A stretch of 64,000 nt of DNA from Bacteroidales bacterium (GTDB lineage Bacteria > Bacteroidota > Bacteroidia > Bacteroidales > TTA-H9). Position numbers and translations under genes: made by a program. The notes under the pieces were generated by a model. It saw only the letters and a list, made by a program, of their open reading frames with translations, did not search any database and was not told the origin of the DNA. Positions 50,423 through 60,369 of the stretch are shown here, in pieces. Location: NCBI GenBank assembly GCA_030656615.1, contig JAUSOY010000017.1, positions 50,153 to 114,152 on the forward strand, written 5' to 3'. The stretch's first letter is position 1, and every line of letters starts with the position of its first letter.

Positions 50423-51127
50423 TTACTTTACTATCAACCGATAACCCGACCCATGGATGTTTTCGATTTCAACATCTGAATCGGCCACAAGATACTTCCG
50501 CAATTTTGTTATAAAAACATCCATGCTGCGGGTAGTGAAATAATTATCATCACCCCAAATTGTTTTTAAGGCCATTTCGCGGGGTAAAACATCATTCATC
50601 GCCTGACATAGCAACTTTAAAAGTTCTGTTTCCTTTGGTGAAAGTTTTCGCATTTCGGATTCAAAACTGAGTGTTCGTAAAAAGGGGTTAAAAATATATT
50701 TACCTATCAGATATTCTCGTGGTTGCTCAGATTGACGCATGGGTTCATGTCTCTTTAAAATGGCCTTGATTTTAAAAAGCAATACCTCCGAATCGAATGG
50801 CTTGGTGATATAATCGTCGGCGCCAATACGAAAGCCTTCAAGGATATCGTCCTTCAGCGATTTAGCCGTAAGAAAAATGAGCGGAATTACCGGATGCGTT
50901 TGCCGTATGGATCGACCAATGGTAAAACCATCCGTATTTGGAAGCATAACATCGAGTATGCAAAGTTGAAAAACATCAGCCCTAAACGCCGCAATGGCCT
51001 TTGCTCCATCATCAACCCATGTCACTTCATAATCGTTGAGTTCGAGATATGATCGTAATATGGCGCCAAAATTCAAATCGTCTTCCACCAGAAAAATCTT
51101 TATGGGCTTATTCATTGTTGTGGTCAT
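50423..51127 (-). CDS. OmpR/PhoB-family response regulator (receiver plus winged helix)
   Basis: 234 aa with IFLVEDD, LDVMLPNTDGF, and a C-terminal trans_reg_C-like region ...FITKLRKYL...IHGSGYRL. Confidence 0.9.
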   Translation of the reverse strand: MTTTMNKPIKIFLVEDDLNFGAILRSYLELNDYEVTWVDDGAKAIAAFRADVFQLCILDVMLPNTDGFTIGRSIRQTHPVIPLIFLTAKSLKDDILEGFRIGADDYITKPFDSEVLLFKIKAILKRHEPMRQSEQPREYLIGKYIFNPFLRTLSFESEMRKLSPKETELLKLLCQAMNDVLPREMALKTIWGDDNYFTTRSMDVFITKLRKYLVADSDVEIENIHGSGYRLIVK

Positions 51128-52970
51128 GGTTAAGTGGTAATTCTATTTCAAAACTTGAGCCCTTTCCCGGCTCGCTATCTACGTGGATTTTACCTCCACA
51201 AGCCTGAACAATTGCTTTTACATAGCTCAGGCCGAGGCCAAATCCTTTAACATTATGAATGTTACCGGTTTGTTTACGATAAAACTTCTCAAAGATACGA
51301 GTACGGGTTTCTTTATCCATTCCCATTCCATGATCTTTTACCCTGATTTTTAATACATCATCATTGCTTTCCGTACTTATAATTATTTTAGGTGTTTCCG
51401 GCGAATACTTATTAGCATTATCAAGCAGATTAAAAACCACATTTGAAAAATGCACATCATCAACTAAAACATGACTGTTTTCAGCATTAAGTTCTGAAGT
51501 AAGCTCACCGCCCCGCTTTTCGACCTGAAGTCCAATATTATAAACCGCCTGATTAATCAAATCATGAACATCCGTAGATTGCAGACTAATTGAAAAGTCC
51601 TGTTTTTCGAGCAACGACATTTGTAAAACGCTTTCTACCTGATTATTCATGCGTTTATTCTCTTCTTTAATCACCCGGGTATAATATTGAATGCGCTCCG
51701 GATCATTGAGAATTCGAGGATTTACAATACTATCGGCTGCCAAACTAATGGTTGCAATCGGGGTTTTAAACTCATGCGTCATATTATTGATAAAGTCAGA
51801 CTTCACTTCAGAAATTTTCTTTTGCCTGAGAATTACGAAAATACTCGTAATAAAGGTGGCAATAATAATGAGGGTAAAAACCAGTGAAGCTGTTAAAAGC
51901 CAATGAATTGAACTATAAATATGATCTTTTCGATGAGGAAAGTACATGGCTATTGCATCTCCTGTTTGAAAAAATCGTTCAGAAAATAAGCCAGCAGTAT
52001 ATACAACGCCATCATAATGAGGATTAAAGCCCAACGAACGGCTGATGGTATCATTAAGTCCTGAAACAACAGATGCTTCAAAAGGAATTTCAATATTTCG
52101 TGATGCCAATTCCTTATTAAGTATATCAAATACTCCGGGAATATTCAATCGCGTACCAGCTGGAGTCTGAAGGCTGTTAATTTCTGCCACCATTCGGTTC
52201 AGAGCTGCATTTAGAATTTCGGTCCGACTTTCGAGCTGTTTAATCTTATCGGTCATTACCAGTTTTTCGGCCGAAAATTGTTCCATTGGATTCACGGGAG
52301 GGAAATTCCGCGAATAGTTTTTCGCATCGTTACGATAATCTCTACGGCTACCCTGCCGGTTTCTGTCTACCCACATCTGAGGGGGCTGCCTATTTATATT
52401 ACGGCCACGACTTTCCTGCTCAATAACGGTACCATCAGGACCAATAAAAGTATACACCTGCCGTTCGGTGGGTATCCCCTGACTACCTGTGCCCGATTCA
52501 AAATATATTGAATACCGCTCCGACTGAAATGAGCCATTATCCGGATTCTGTTTTGCCATCGATTTTATCTGTCGCAAAATACTATCCGGACTAATCCCCC
52601 CAAAACTAATAAAGGATTCCGGAAAACCAGAATGAGCCTGTCTGAAGAACTCTTCCACCGGGTCAATAAATCGGGGAATGGAATCAACTTTCCTTCGTTT
52701 GACAATTTCCCTGACGGAGGTGCTTTTATGCAATGGCAGCATCAGTGTATCCACCGAAGTAATATTTTTAAGACGATCGGCAATAAAATAAATGCCCTCA
52801 TTCTTTTCAATCCTGCGTACGGTTTCCTGTAATGCCGACTTTACATCACGGTCAAATTGTTTTTCATGTAAGCCAATAACGTTCCGTATCCACATAAACT
52901 GAACAAGCAGTATCCCTAACAAGGATATTCCGCTTAAAACAATCACTATTTTTATTACTCTCCGGTTCAT
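51108..52970 (-). CDS. sensor histidine kinase (2 TM helices, ~340-aa extracytoplasmic domain, HisKA and HATPase_c)
   Basis: 620 aa. The H-box is FINNMTHEFKTPIATI, the N-box is LLDNANKYSP and the G-boxes are DHGMGM and GFGLGLSYV. The gene overlaps the downstream RR gene by 20 nt. Confidence 0.9.
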   Translation of the reverse strand: MNRRVIKIVIVLSGISLLGILLVQFMWIRNVIGLHEKQFDRDVKSALQETVRRIEKNEGIYFIADRLKNITSVDTLMLPLHKSTSVREIVKRRKVDSIPRFIDPVEEFFRQAHSGFPESFISFGGISPDSILRQIKSMAKQNPDNGSFQSERYSIYFESGTGSQGIPTERQVYTFIGPDGTVIEQESRGRNINRQPPQMWVDRNRQGSRRDYRNDAKNYSRNFPPVNPMEQFSAEKLVMTDKIKQLESRTEILNAALNRMVAEINSLQTPAGTRLNIPGVFDILNKELASRNIEIPFEASVVSGLNDTISRSLGFNPHYDGVVYTAGLFSERFFQTGDAIAMYFPHRKDHIYSSIHWLLTASLVFTLIIIATFITSIFVILRQKKISEVKSDFINNMTHEFKTPIATISLAADSIVNPRILNDPERIQYYTRVIKEENKRMNNQVESVLQMSLLEKQDFSISLQSTDVHDLINQAVYNIGLQVEKRGGELTSELNAENSHVLVDDVHFSNVVFNLLDNANKYSPETPKIIISTESNDDVLKIRVKDHGMGMDKETRTRIFEKFYRKQTGNIHNVKGFGLGLSYVKAIVQACGGKIHVDSEPGKGSSFEIELPLNHDHNNE

Positions 52971-53069
52971 TTAGCAAAAGTAAAAAGAAACATTAGCGCT
53001 TATCAGGCATTTAACCTTTCTTTAACTATTATTAACCTTGCATTAACGGCTTAGTATTCAATGCGTTTA

Positions 53070-53077
53070 TACTTTTG
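53070..53077 (+). promoter_or_regulatory. -7 promoter box (TACTTTTG)
   Basis: Perfect TAnnTTTG match, 28 nt before the ATG at 53105. Confidence 0.5.
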
Positions 53078-53104
53078 CTAAAATCAATCCAAAACCCCAT
53101 ACCC

Positions 53105-54277
53105 ATGAAGACTACCTTTTTAAAAATTTATGGAATCATGCTGATAATGCTTTTTGTTGGCAGAAGCATGCATGGTGTAGCCCAATCTACCCCGGACAGC
53201 CTGAAAGAAAAAACAACCCGGATTAAAATAATGATCAATGATGGTGACAAAACCGTTAATATTGATACTGTTTTTAAAGGTGATGGAAAAGTGATTCAAA
53301 AAGCAATCGAAACACTGAATAAAACACTGGTGAAAGCGGATGGCGAAAAACGCATGCACGTTAAAAGGGTGATGAAATCAAAATCCCCGACCGAAAAAAG
53401 TAATGGACATGCACGTTCTTTCTCGTTCGAATTCGATAGTGATAAAGACAAACCAATAACCCATATGTGGATGGATAATGACTCCATGATGCGTGTACAT
53501 ATGGATAAAATAAAATCACTGAATATAAAAACCGACTCCCTTCAGAAAAAAATCATGATTATGAGTATGGATGGTGGAGAAACCTTTTCATTTGATATGG
53601 ATGGCGGAGAGATGCCGGGTTTTATGTTTTTTAACGATGACTGTAAAGAAATGCCACATGGCATGATGAAATTCCATGGTGAGGATATGCCGGAGATGGA
53701 AGAAGAAATTATCATCAAAGGCGAGGATACCATCATTATTAAAAATGGCGGAAAACGCATGATGAAATATATTGGGAAGAATAATTCCCCAGGGAATTTC
53801 GAATATTTCATCAATAAAACTAATGACAATGACTCGATACGCGTTGAAGTTAAAATGGATAATGACATCCGTCATTCTTCACGGAGAACACGAAGAGCTT
53901 CCATTGAAGCACCACGCTGGAGCCATCGTGCTTTTTCATCTCTGGCTTTAAAAGATTTATCCTCAGAAGATTTGGAAAATCTGAAAGGCAGCGATTTCAA
54001 AACAAAATCAGGATATCAGCCCTTAGGCATTTCTGATCTAAATATAGAAAAAGCCGGACGTAAAATCTTACGCATCTCTTTCAGAACGGATGAAACAAAA
54101 AATATTGAAGTAAAACTATTTAATAATAATGGTGAAACTATTTACCATGAACTTATTAAGGTGTTTTCGGGTTTATATACCAAAGAAATTAGCCTCGATA
54201 ATTTTAGAGAAACGTATTTTCTCCAAATTAAGCAGGGTAAAAAAGCTTTGAATAAAAAGATTGTACCAGATAGATAA
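53105..54277 (+). CDS. secreted Met/His/Asp-rich hypothetical protein with a T9SS type A-like C-terminal domain
   Basis: The signal peptide is MKTTFLKIYGIMLIMLFVGRSMHGVAQ. The Met-rich core lies at nt 53351-53857. The C-terminal tail ILRISFRTDETKNIEVKLFNNNGETIYHE...ETYFLQIKQGKKALNKKIV resembles a T9SS sorting domain. The tracked ORF begins at TTG 53075, but I prefer the ATG at 53105. Confidence 0.6.
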   Translation: MKTTFLKIYGIMLIMLFVGRSMHGVAQSTPDSLKEKTTRIKIMINDGDKTVNIDTVFKGDGKVIQKAIETLNKTLVKADGEKRMHVKRVMKSKSPTEKSNGHARSFSFEFDSDKDKPITHMWMDNDSMMRVHMDKIKSLNIKTDSLQKKIMIMSMDGGETFSFDMDGGEMPGFMFFNDDCKEMPHGMMKFHGEDMPEMEEEIIIKGEDTIIIKNGGKRMMKYIGKNNSPGNFEYFINKTNDNDSIRVEVKMDNDIRHSSRRTRRASIEAPRWSHRAFSSLALKDLSSEDLENLKGSDFKTKSGYQPLGISDLNIEKAGRKILRISFRTDETKNIEVKLFNNNGETIYHELIKVFSGLYTKEISLDNFRETYFLQIKQGKKALNKKIVPDR

Positions 54278-54330
54278 TCGCACACATTGGCTATTTACGA
54301 TAGGTGAGACGCCCATCGAAGCCATCTGGT

Positions 54331-55020
54331 TTAGTTTTCCCGTGTTACAGACCCTCCAAAACTACTGGAAACAGTTTCTTTGGAGGGTCTTCCTGTATAA
54401 AATATCTGAGCGCCTGTACCTGCGGTAGCATTAAGCATTTCTTCTACCCGAGCGTGTAAAATCCCTCCGGTATGTGCTTCCAACAATGCTTCCTGACATA
54501 CAAGATGCTGAGCATTAATTTCGGATCCGGTATTGCATTTGGCACGCAATAGCTGCACTCCTCCTTCAATTTGAATCTTTGAATTATACTGTGCTTTAAC
54601 CTCAAGTATTTTTAATCCGGAACGAAGACTTATGCTTGACCCTGTATTGGCTGTAATTTCAAAATTATCGCCATACACCGGAGATTGAAAAATTACGGTT
54701 GACTGATTATTGGCTTTCACTTCTTCCAACTCGGTATAATTTATAACAGCTCTAATTTTAATTCCCTTCTCAAATGGCGGTCTATTTGCCTTAATCTTCA
54801 ATACGGATCCGGATATTTCTAAACTAATTTTAGCAACATCAATCCCTTCGCACTGGATATTAGCCTCATTAAACTCACTTTTAATAAGCTCCAAATCAAT
54901 GCCATCATAAACCACTACTTTTTTGAAGTCACCGAGAGGAAATTTTAATTCCTGCTGGGCCGAAATAGAGATCGAAAGAAAGAGGAAAAAAAAACTTGTA
55001 AGTATTCGGATAGTACGCAT
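54331..55020 (-). CDS. secreted DUF2807 / head-GIN-domain (putative beta-helix adhesin-like) protein
   Basis: The signal peptide MRTIRILTSFFFLFLSISISAQQ starts at CAT 55018-55020. The body has repetitive beta-strand motifs of the kind ...GSxIxxxG... that are typical of DUF2807. Confidence 0.55.
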   Translation of the reverse strand: MRTIRILTSFFFLFLSISISAQQELKFPLGDFKKVVVYDGIDLELIKSEFNEANIQCEGIDVAKISLEISGSVLKIKANRPPFEKGIKIRAVINYTELEEVKANNQSTVIFQSPVYGDNFEITANTGSSISLRSGLKILEVKAQYNSKIQIEGGVQLLRAKCNTGSEINAQHLVCQEALLEAHTGGILHARVEEMLNATAGTGAQIFYTGRPSKETVSSSFGGSVTREN

Positions 55021-55053
55021 AGCAATTCTGTTTTGAATTCGCAAAGGTAAAGT

Positions 55054-55965
55054 TTATTCTCTTTCATTCGTTTTGATGGGAGTCCATCCATAATCAACAT
55101 ACTGAATCTGAAGCTCATCGCCCTGAACGGAAATAAAAACAAAACCCTCTTCCGTACCTTGATTTGGACCTGTCCACCATCTCCCACTCACTGCGCCACC
55201 TGTAACAAAAGAAACGCCATCAATTTCCGTTTTTTCATAATAATGTAAATGGCCCTGTAAAACGAGTTTTAAATGATATGGCTTCAAAACATCTAACACC
55301 TCTGTATTGTTCATGATTAATTCTGCCGGATGAATGGGTTTGGTATTTCCGATAAAATACTGCACACCAGCCGATAGTATGGGAATATGAGTAATTACAG
55401 CAACAAACTTCTCGTCACCCATGGATGCCAGATCGTCTTTCAACCATTTGAGTTGTTCCTGATCGATTTGCCCGTGGTACGATAATGTATCGTTAGCGTG
55501 GGTAGCATCAAGAAAAATAAAATGCCAGTTTAAATAATCCATTGAACGAAAAGGTCGGTCAATCCGATTAGTAAACATTTTCTTTCCGGATTCCGGATGC
55601 ATGGCCGATTGGCCCCGACGTTTGCTCCATCCAAATACTTCATGATTTCCAATCGCGTGATATATTGGCATTTTAAAAGCCTGACATTGTTTAAGAAACA
55701 AGGTGTACAAACTATCGGCGCGACGCTGAGAAACTCCAAGGGCATCCATAATCAAATCGCCACCGGTAATTACAAAATCGGGTTTCATTTCATTGACTTT
55801 GCCAATTGCCGATGAAAATCCTTCACAAGCGTGCCGTTCAGGTTGTAAATGAATATCCGTTAGAAAAGCAAAGCGAAATGTGCTTTCCGTCTGAGCCTTT
55901 ACACTTATAGCCCCTGTCAGAACCAGAATTAACAGAAAAAACCTTCTAATTATTCTGTTTTTCAT
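55054..55965 (-). CDS. secreted calcineurin-like metallophosphoesterase
   Basis: The start is set at MKNRIIRRFFLLILVLTGAISVKAQ (CAT at 55963-55965). The motifs are FLTDIHL, GGDLI, GNHE and GHLH. The tracked 464-aa ORF extends antisense through lysE, and I reject that extension. Confidence 0.8.
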   Translation of the reverse strand: MKNRIIRRFFLLILVLTGAISVKAQTESTFRFAFLTDIHLQPERHACEGFSSAIGKVNEMKPDFVITGGDLIMDALGVSQRRADSLYTLFLKQCQAFKMPIYHAIGNHEVFGWSKRRGQSAMHPESGKKMFTNRIDRPFRSMDYLNWHFIFLDATHANDTLSYHGQIDQEQLKWLKDDLASMGDEKFVAVITHIPILSAGVQYFIGNTKPIHPAELIMNNTEVLDVLKPYHLKLVLQGHLHYYEKTEIDGVSFVTGGAVSGRWWTGPNQGTEEGFVFISVQGDELQIQYVDYGWTPIKTNERE

Positions 55966-56065
55966 TTGAAATATTTTAATGGATGGATAAATATACAAAA
56001 CCCCGCCCATTATACAGAATAAAACTTCTTTTCTTCGCTCTATCCACACTAATTGGAGCATTTTG

Positions 56066-56073
56066 TACTTTTG
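56066..56073 (+). promoter_or_regulatory. -7 promoter box (TACTTTTG)
   Basis: Perfect TAnnTTTG match, 20 nt before the ATG at 56093. Confidence 0.5.
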
Positions 56074-56092
56074 CAAGTCTGTAAAAATTACT

Positions 56093-56707
56093 ATGGATTT
56101 ATTTGTTGAAGGAATTATAGCTGGCTTCATTATTGCTGTTTCTTTAGGTCCTGCATTTATTGTTATGATACAAGCCGGTGTAAAATTTGGTTCCCGCTCC
56201 GCCTTTTTTGCTGCCTCTGGAATCCTTCTCGGCGATTTATTGCTTTGCGGCATTGCCATCTTTGGTCTGGCGAGCTTTGTGGCTATGCCTTCCCACAAAT
56301 TATGGCTTGGTATAGGAAGTGGTGCGCTCCTTATCAGTTTTGGTATTGCTGGCTTCATAACTGCGAAAAAGCCCGTAAAAGACACTGCTTCAGTCATTAA
56401 TAAATTACCCGCAAAACGTCTGTTGATAAAAACTTTTCTCATAAACAATTCAAACCCATTTAACTGGCTTTTTTGGCTGGCCCTAGCTGGTTATGCCCGT
56501 GCATCAGCAGGCTCAATAAATTCCGGATTTACAGTTTTTTTTATCGGAGTATGGTTTATTGTCCTTATCTCCACATTTATCAAAGCTCATCTTTCACTCC
56601 GTCTTGGAAACTGGTTACAGGGTAAAGCCATCGGTCATATCAATCAAATTGCTGCAGCAATATTTCTCCTTGCCGGGATTGGAATTATTTTCAAAACAAT
56701 ATTCTAG
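56093..56707 (+). CDS. LysE/RhtB family amino-acid exporter
   Basis: About 204 aa with 6 TM helices. The N-terminus MDLFVEGIIAGFIIAVSLGPAFIVMIQ is typical of the LysE family. Confidence 0.7.
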   Translation: MDLFVEGIIAGFIIAVSLGPAFIVMIQAGVKFGSRSAFFAASGILLGDLLLCGIAIFGLASFVAMPSHKLWLGIGSGALLISFGIAGFITAKKPVKDTASVINKLPAKRLLIKTFLINNSNPFNWLFWLALAGYARASAGSINSGFTVFFIGVWFIVLISTFIKAHLSLRLGNWLQGKAIGHINQIAAAIFLLAGIGIIFKTIF

Positions 56708-56750
56708 ACCTCATCCTTTAACCCTAAATTGCCTGTTCTTCCTTATTTGC

Positions 56751-56758
56751 TAATTTTG
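56751..56758 (+). promoter_or_regulatory. -7 promoter box (TAATTTTG) upstream of leuS
   Basis: Perfect TAnnTTTG match, 22 nt before the ATG. Confidence 0.5.
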
Positions 56759-56779
56759 CAGGCTTAATAAAAATTCGAG

Positions 56780-59563
56780 ATGGATTATAATTTCAAGGAA
56801 ATTGAAAAAAACTGGCAGAAATACTGGGCAGAAAATAAATGTTTTAAGGCAGAAGAAGATACTGACAAACCAAAATTCTTTGTTCTCGATATGTTTCCAT
56901 ACCCTAGCGGTGCTGGTCTTCATGTAGGACATCCGCTTGGATATATTGCTTCCGATATTTATTCGAGGTATAAACTGCTTAAAGGTTTTAATGTTCTCCA
57001 TCCCATGGGCTATGACGCCTATGGTCTTCCTGCCGAACAATATGCCATACAAACAGGCACTCATCCTGAAATTACTACAAATAAAAACATTGCCCGTTAT
57101 CGCGAGCAACTCGATAATATTGGATTTGCCTACGACTGGGATCGTGAAATCCGGACCTGTGATCCATCCTATTATCATTGGACTCAATGGACCTTTATTC
57201 AATTGTTCCATCATTGGTATTCGAAGGCAGAAAACTGCGCATTACCCGTTAAAAAATTAACTGACCATTTTGAAAAACAAGGGAGCTATAACATTAATGC
57301 TTCGTTTACGATTCATGAATACTTTGGTGCTGAGGAGTGGAATAGTTGGGATGAAATTCGTCAGCAGGAAATGCTTATGAATTACCGTTTGGCTTATTTG
57401 TCAGACACCATGGTAAACTGGTGTCCCGATTTGGGTACTGTTCTGGCAAATGATGAGGTTACCAATGGTGTATCGGTACGCGGTGGCCATCCTGTTGAAC
57501 GACGGAAAATGAAACAGTGGTCGCTACGTATTACCGCATACGCTCAGCGCCTTCTTGATGGGCTCGATACCCTCGACTGGTCTGATTCTGTAAAGGAAAT
57601 CCAGCGTAACTGGATTGGCCGGAGTGATGGTGCTCAGGTTTTCTTTAATATTGACAAAGATGGAATTCCACCCTTGGAAGTATTTACTACACGCCCCGAT
57701 ACCATTTTTGGTGCCACTTTTATGGTTATCGCTCCTGAGCATGAGCTTCTGGATGCCATTTGTTCCGAAGAGCAAAGAGTAGCTGTTCAGGAATATGTTT
57801 CATGGGCAAAAAACCGTTCTGAACGTGAGCGACAGACTGAGGTTAAAAAAGTGAGCGGTGTTTTTACAGGAACGCATGCAATTAACCCATTCACAGGGAA
57901 TAAAATACCCATCTGGATTGCTGATTATGTCCTTATGGGATACGGAAGTGGTGCCATAATGGCCGTTCCGGGCCATGATAGCCGGGATTTTTCTTTTGCC
58001 CGCCATTTTAATTTGCCTATAATTCAGGTGGTTTGTCCTTCAGGCGAAGAACCCACCGATACATCGAGCTGGGAAGATTCTTTCGATGCCAAGGAAGGTG
58101 TAATGGTCAATTCCGGCTTCATTAACGGTATGGATGTGAAAGTTGCCATTCAGACCTGCATTGAGCAAATTGAAGAGCGAAAGATTGGAAAAGGAACCAT
58201 TAACTTCCGTTTACGCGATGCTATTTTCAGCCGTCAGCGGTATTGGGGTGAACCTTTTCCCGTTTATTACAAAAATGGCATGCCTTATACACTTCCCGAA
58301 GAAAGACTTCCACTACGATTACCCGAAGTAGATGCTTATCTGCCAACCAGTTTAGGAGAACCTCCTTTGGCAAGAGCTAAAGACTGGACGTATGAAGGCT
58401 ATCCGCTCGAAACCAACACCATGCCAGGCTTTGCAGGATCCAGTGGCTATTATCTTCGCTATATGGATCCCAATAACTCCACTGCTTATTTTTCGAAAGA
58501 AGCTGTTGAATACTGGCAAAATGTCGATTTATATCTTGGTGGTGCTGAACATGCCACCGGTCACTTGATTTATGCACGCTTCTGGAATAAATTTCTGAAA
58601 GATATTGGATTGGCCATTATGGATGAGCCATTCAAAAAACTGATCAATCAGGGGATGATTCAGGGACGATCAAGCCTTGCATACCGAATTGCAGGCAGTA
58701 ACGTATTTGTATCCAAAGGCTTGAAAGACCAGCATCAGGTTCAGGATATTCATGTTGATGTTAATATCGTGGATAACGACATGCTTGACATTGAGGCCTT
58801 TAAAAAGTGGCGACCTGATTTGGCAAATGCAGAGTTTATCCTGGAAGATGGAAAGTACTATTGCGGCAGTGAGGTTGAAAAGATGTCAAAATCCTTACAT
58901 AACGTACAAAACCCCGATGATTTAATCGAAAAATATGGTGCCGATACCCTTCGGCTATATGAAATGTTTCTGGGACCACTCGAACAATCAAAACCTTGGG
59001 ATACCAAAGGCATAGAAGGCGTTTTCCGTTTTATGCGGAAGCTATGGAAGCTTTATCACGATGACCAGAATCAGTGGGCGGTGACTGAAGAATCACCTTC
59101 GCCCGAAGAACTGAAGGTGCTTCATAAAACCATTAAGAAAGTTCAGGATGACATCGAACGCTTTTCATTTAACACCGCCGTCAGTTCGTTTATGATTTGC
59201 GTTAACGAACTAAATGATTTGAAATGTCATAAAAAAGCCATCCTGGAACCATTAACCATATTAATTTCTTCCTACGCTCCGCACATTGCTGAAGAGTTAT
59301 GGAAAAATCTGGGGAATTCCACAACCGTTTCCAAAGCCAATTTCCCCATATTTGAAGAGAAATATCTCATCGAAAAATCTTTTGATTATCCAGTTTCTTT
59401 TAATGGTAAAATGCGCTTCAATTTGAGTTTGCCACTTGATTTAACAAAAGAAGAAATTGAAAAGGCCGTTCTCAATCACGATAAAACAGAGCATTATACA
59501 GAAGGAAAACCACTAAAAAAACTTATTGTCGTACCTGGCCGAATCATCAATATCGTTTTTTAA
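56780..59563 (+). CDS. leuS: leucine--tRNA ligase
   Basis: 927 aa with [16 protein letters not shown] (HIGH motif) and [10 protein letters not shown] (KMSKS motif). Confidence 0.95.
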   Translation: MDYNFKEIEKNWQKYWAENKCFKAEEDTDKPKFFVLDMFPYPSGAGLHVGHPLGYIASDIYSRYKLLKGFNVLHPMGYDAYGLPAEQYAIQTGTHPEITTNKNIARYREQLDNIGFAYDWDREIRTCDPSYYHWTQWTFIQLFHHWYSKAENCALPVKKLTDHFEKQGSYNINASFTIHEYFGAEEWNSWDEIRQQEMLMNYRLAYLSDTMVNWCPDLGTVLANDEVTNGVSVRGGHPVERRKMKQWSLRITAYAQRLLDGLDTLDWSDSVKEIQRNWIGRSDGAQVFFNIDKDGIPPLEVFTTRPDTIFGATFMVIAPEHELLDAICSEEQRVAVQEYVSWAKNRSERERQTEVKKVSGVFTGTHAINPFTGNKIPIWIADYVLMGYGSGAIMAVPGHDSRDFSFARHFNLPIIQVVCPSGEEPTDTSSWEDSFDAKEGVMVNSGFINGMDVKVAIQTCIEQIEERKIGKGTINFRLRDAIFSRQRYWGEPFPVYYKNGMPYTLPEERLPLRLPEVDAYLPTSLGEPPLARAKDWTYEGYPLETNTMPGFAGSSGYYLRYMDPNNSTAYFSKEAVEYWQNVDLYLGGAEHATGHLIYARFWNKFLKDIGLAIMDEPFKKLINQGMIQGRSSLAYRIAGSNVFVSKGLKDQHQVQDIHVDVNIVDNDMLDIEAFKKWRPDLANAEFILEDGKYYCGSEVEKMSKSLHNVQNPDDLIEKYGADTLRLYEMFLGPLEQSKPWDTKGIEGVFRFMRKLWKLYHDDQNQWAVTEESPSPEELKVLHKTIKKVQDDIERFSFNTAVSSFMICVNELNDLKCHKKAILEPLTILISSYAPHIAEELWKNLGNSTTVSKANFPIFEEKYLIEKSFDYPVSFNGKMRFNLSLPLDLTKEEIEKAVLNHDKTEHYTEGKPLKKLIVVPGRIINIVF

Positions 59564-59656
59564 TACAATTGATGACCGTCTCAAATAATTGATGAATTAG
59601 GTCTGAAGATTACCCTAAAACCTCATTAAATCATAGCCATTTAACCTTCAAAAGAA

Positions 59657-60331
59657 TCACTTCATTATCTGAATGAGGGTTTCGGCGATGGCTATATCAC
59701 GAGGGTGTGTAATTTTAATGTTTTCTGGATTTCCTTCCACCAGCTTCACTTTATTTCCTACGGATTCAAAAACAGAGGCATCGTCGGTAAATAAAGGAGA
59801 ATATTCCTGTGTATATGCTTGCTTAATCAATGGCAAATCAAAAACCTGCGGTGTTTGTACCAGTTGAAATCTGCTTCGATCAACACTTCTTGAAATACCA
59901 TCTTCATCCAATTCGCGTAGCGACTCGGTAGGCGGCACTACAGGAATAGCAGAGCCGAAATGAGTGGCAATTTTAATACAATTGTTAATGGTTTTTTCAG
60001 AAACTAAGGGCCGAACACCATCATGAATCAAAACAAGTCCCTCATCCGGAAGATTTTCAAGGCCTTTTTTAACAGAAAAAAAGCGTTCAATACCGCCAGA
60101 AACTGTCTTGTGCTTTTCTTGAAAATTATAAGACATGCAATGTTTTTGCCATTCAGGAATCTGATTTTCAGGAAGGACAATCGTAATCGAGTCGGGCTTT
60201 ATACAAGATGTAAAAGCCTGAATACTTCGCATAAGCATTGGCAAACCATCCAACAGTAAGAACTGCTTAGGCTGGGTAGTTTTCATCCGCTGACCACTAC
60301 CTCCGGCAACTATGAGTAAATGTAATTTCAT
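59657..60331 (-). CDS. ispD: 2-C-methyl-D-erythritol 4-phosphate cytidylyltransferase
   Basis: The start is set at MKLHLLIVAGGSGQRM (CAT at 60329-60331). The motifs IHDGVRP and VQTPQ.F are present. Confidence 0.85.
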   Translation of the reverse strand: MKLHLLIVAGGSGQRMKTTQPKQFLLLDGLPMLMRSIQAFTSCIKPDSITIVLPENQIPEWQKHCMSYNFQEKHKTVSGGIERFFSVKKGLENLPDEGLVLIHDGVRPLVSEKTINNCIKIATHFGSAIPVVPPTESLRELDEDGISRSVDRSRFQLVQTPQVFDLPLIKQAYTQEYSPLFTDDASVFESVGNKVKLVEGNPENIKITHPRDIAIAETLIQIMK

Positions 60332-60341
60332 AGGTATGAAA

Positions 60342-60369
60342 ACGGGCGGCACGCAAGCGTGCCGCCCGT
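60342..60369 (-). terminator. G+C-rich perfect hairpin between queA and ispD (possible terminator or attenuator)
   Basis: A 13-bp perfect stem ACGGGCGGCACGC/GCGTGCCGCCCGT has a 2-nt loop. Only TTT follows on the minus strand, so it lacks a strong U-tract. Confidence 0.5.

Noticed and set aside
53542-53875. Two overlapping minus-strand ORFs (108 and 95 aa) inside the Met-rich gene.
   Set aside because: They are a compositional mirror image. The ATG/GAT-rich sense strand gives an open CAT/ATC-rich antisense frame that is rich in Ile, His and Ser. The sense frame has a signal peptide, a promoter box and a C-terminal sorting-domain-like tail.
55966-56448. N-terminal 160-aa extension of the tracked 464-aa ORF (55054-56448, minus strand).
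   Set aside because: The extension runs antisense through the LysE-family gene and has no recognisable features. A clean signal peptide, MKNRIIRRFFLLILVL..., starts at 55965, directly before the metallophosphoesterase motifs.
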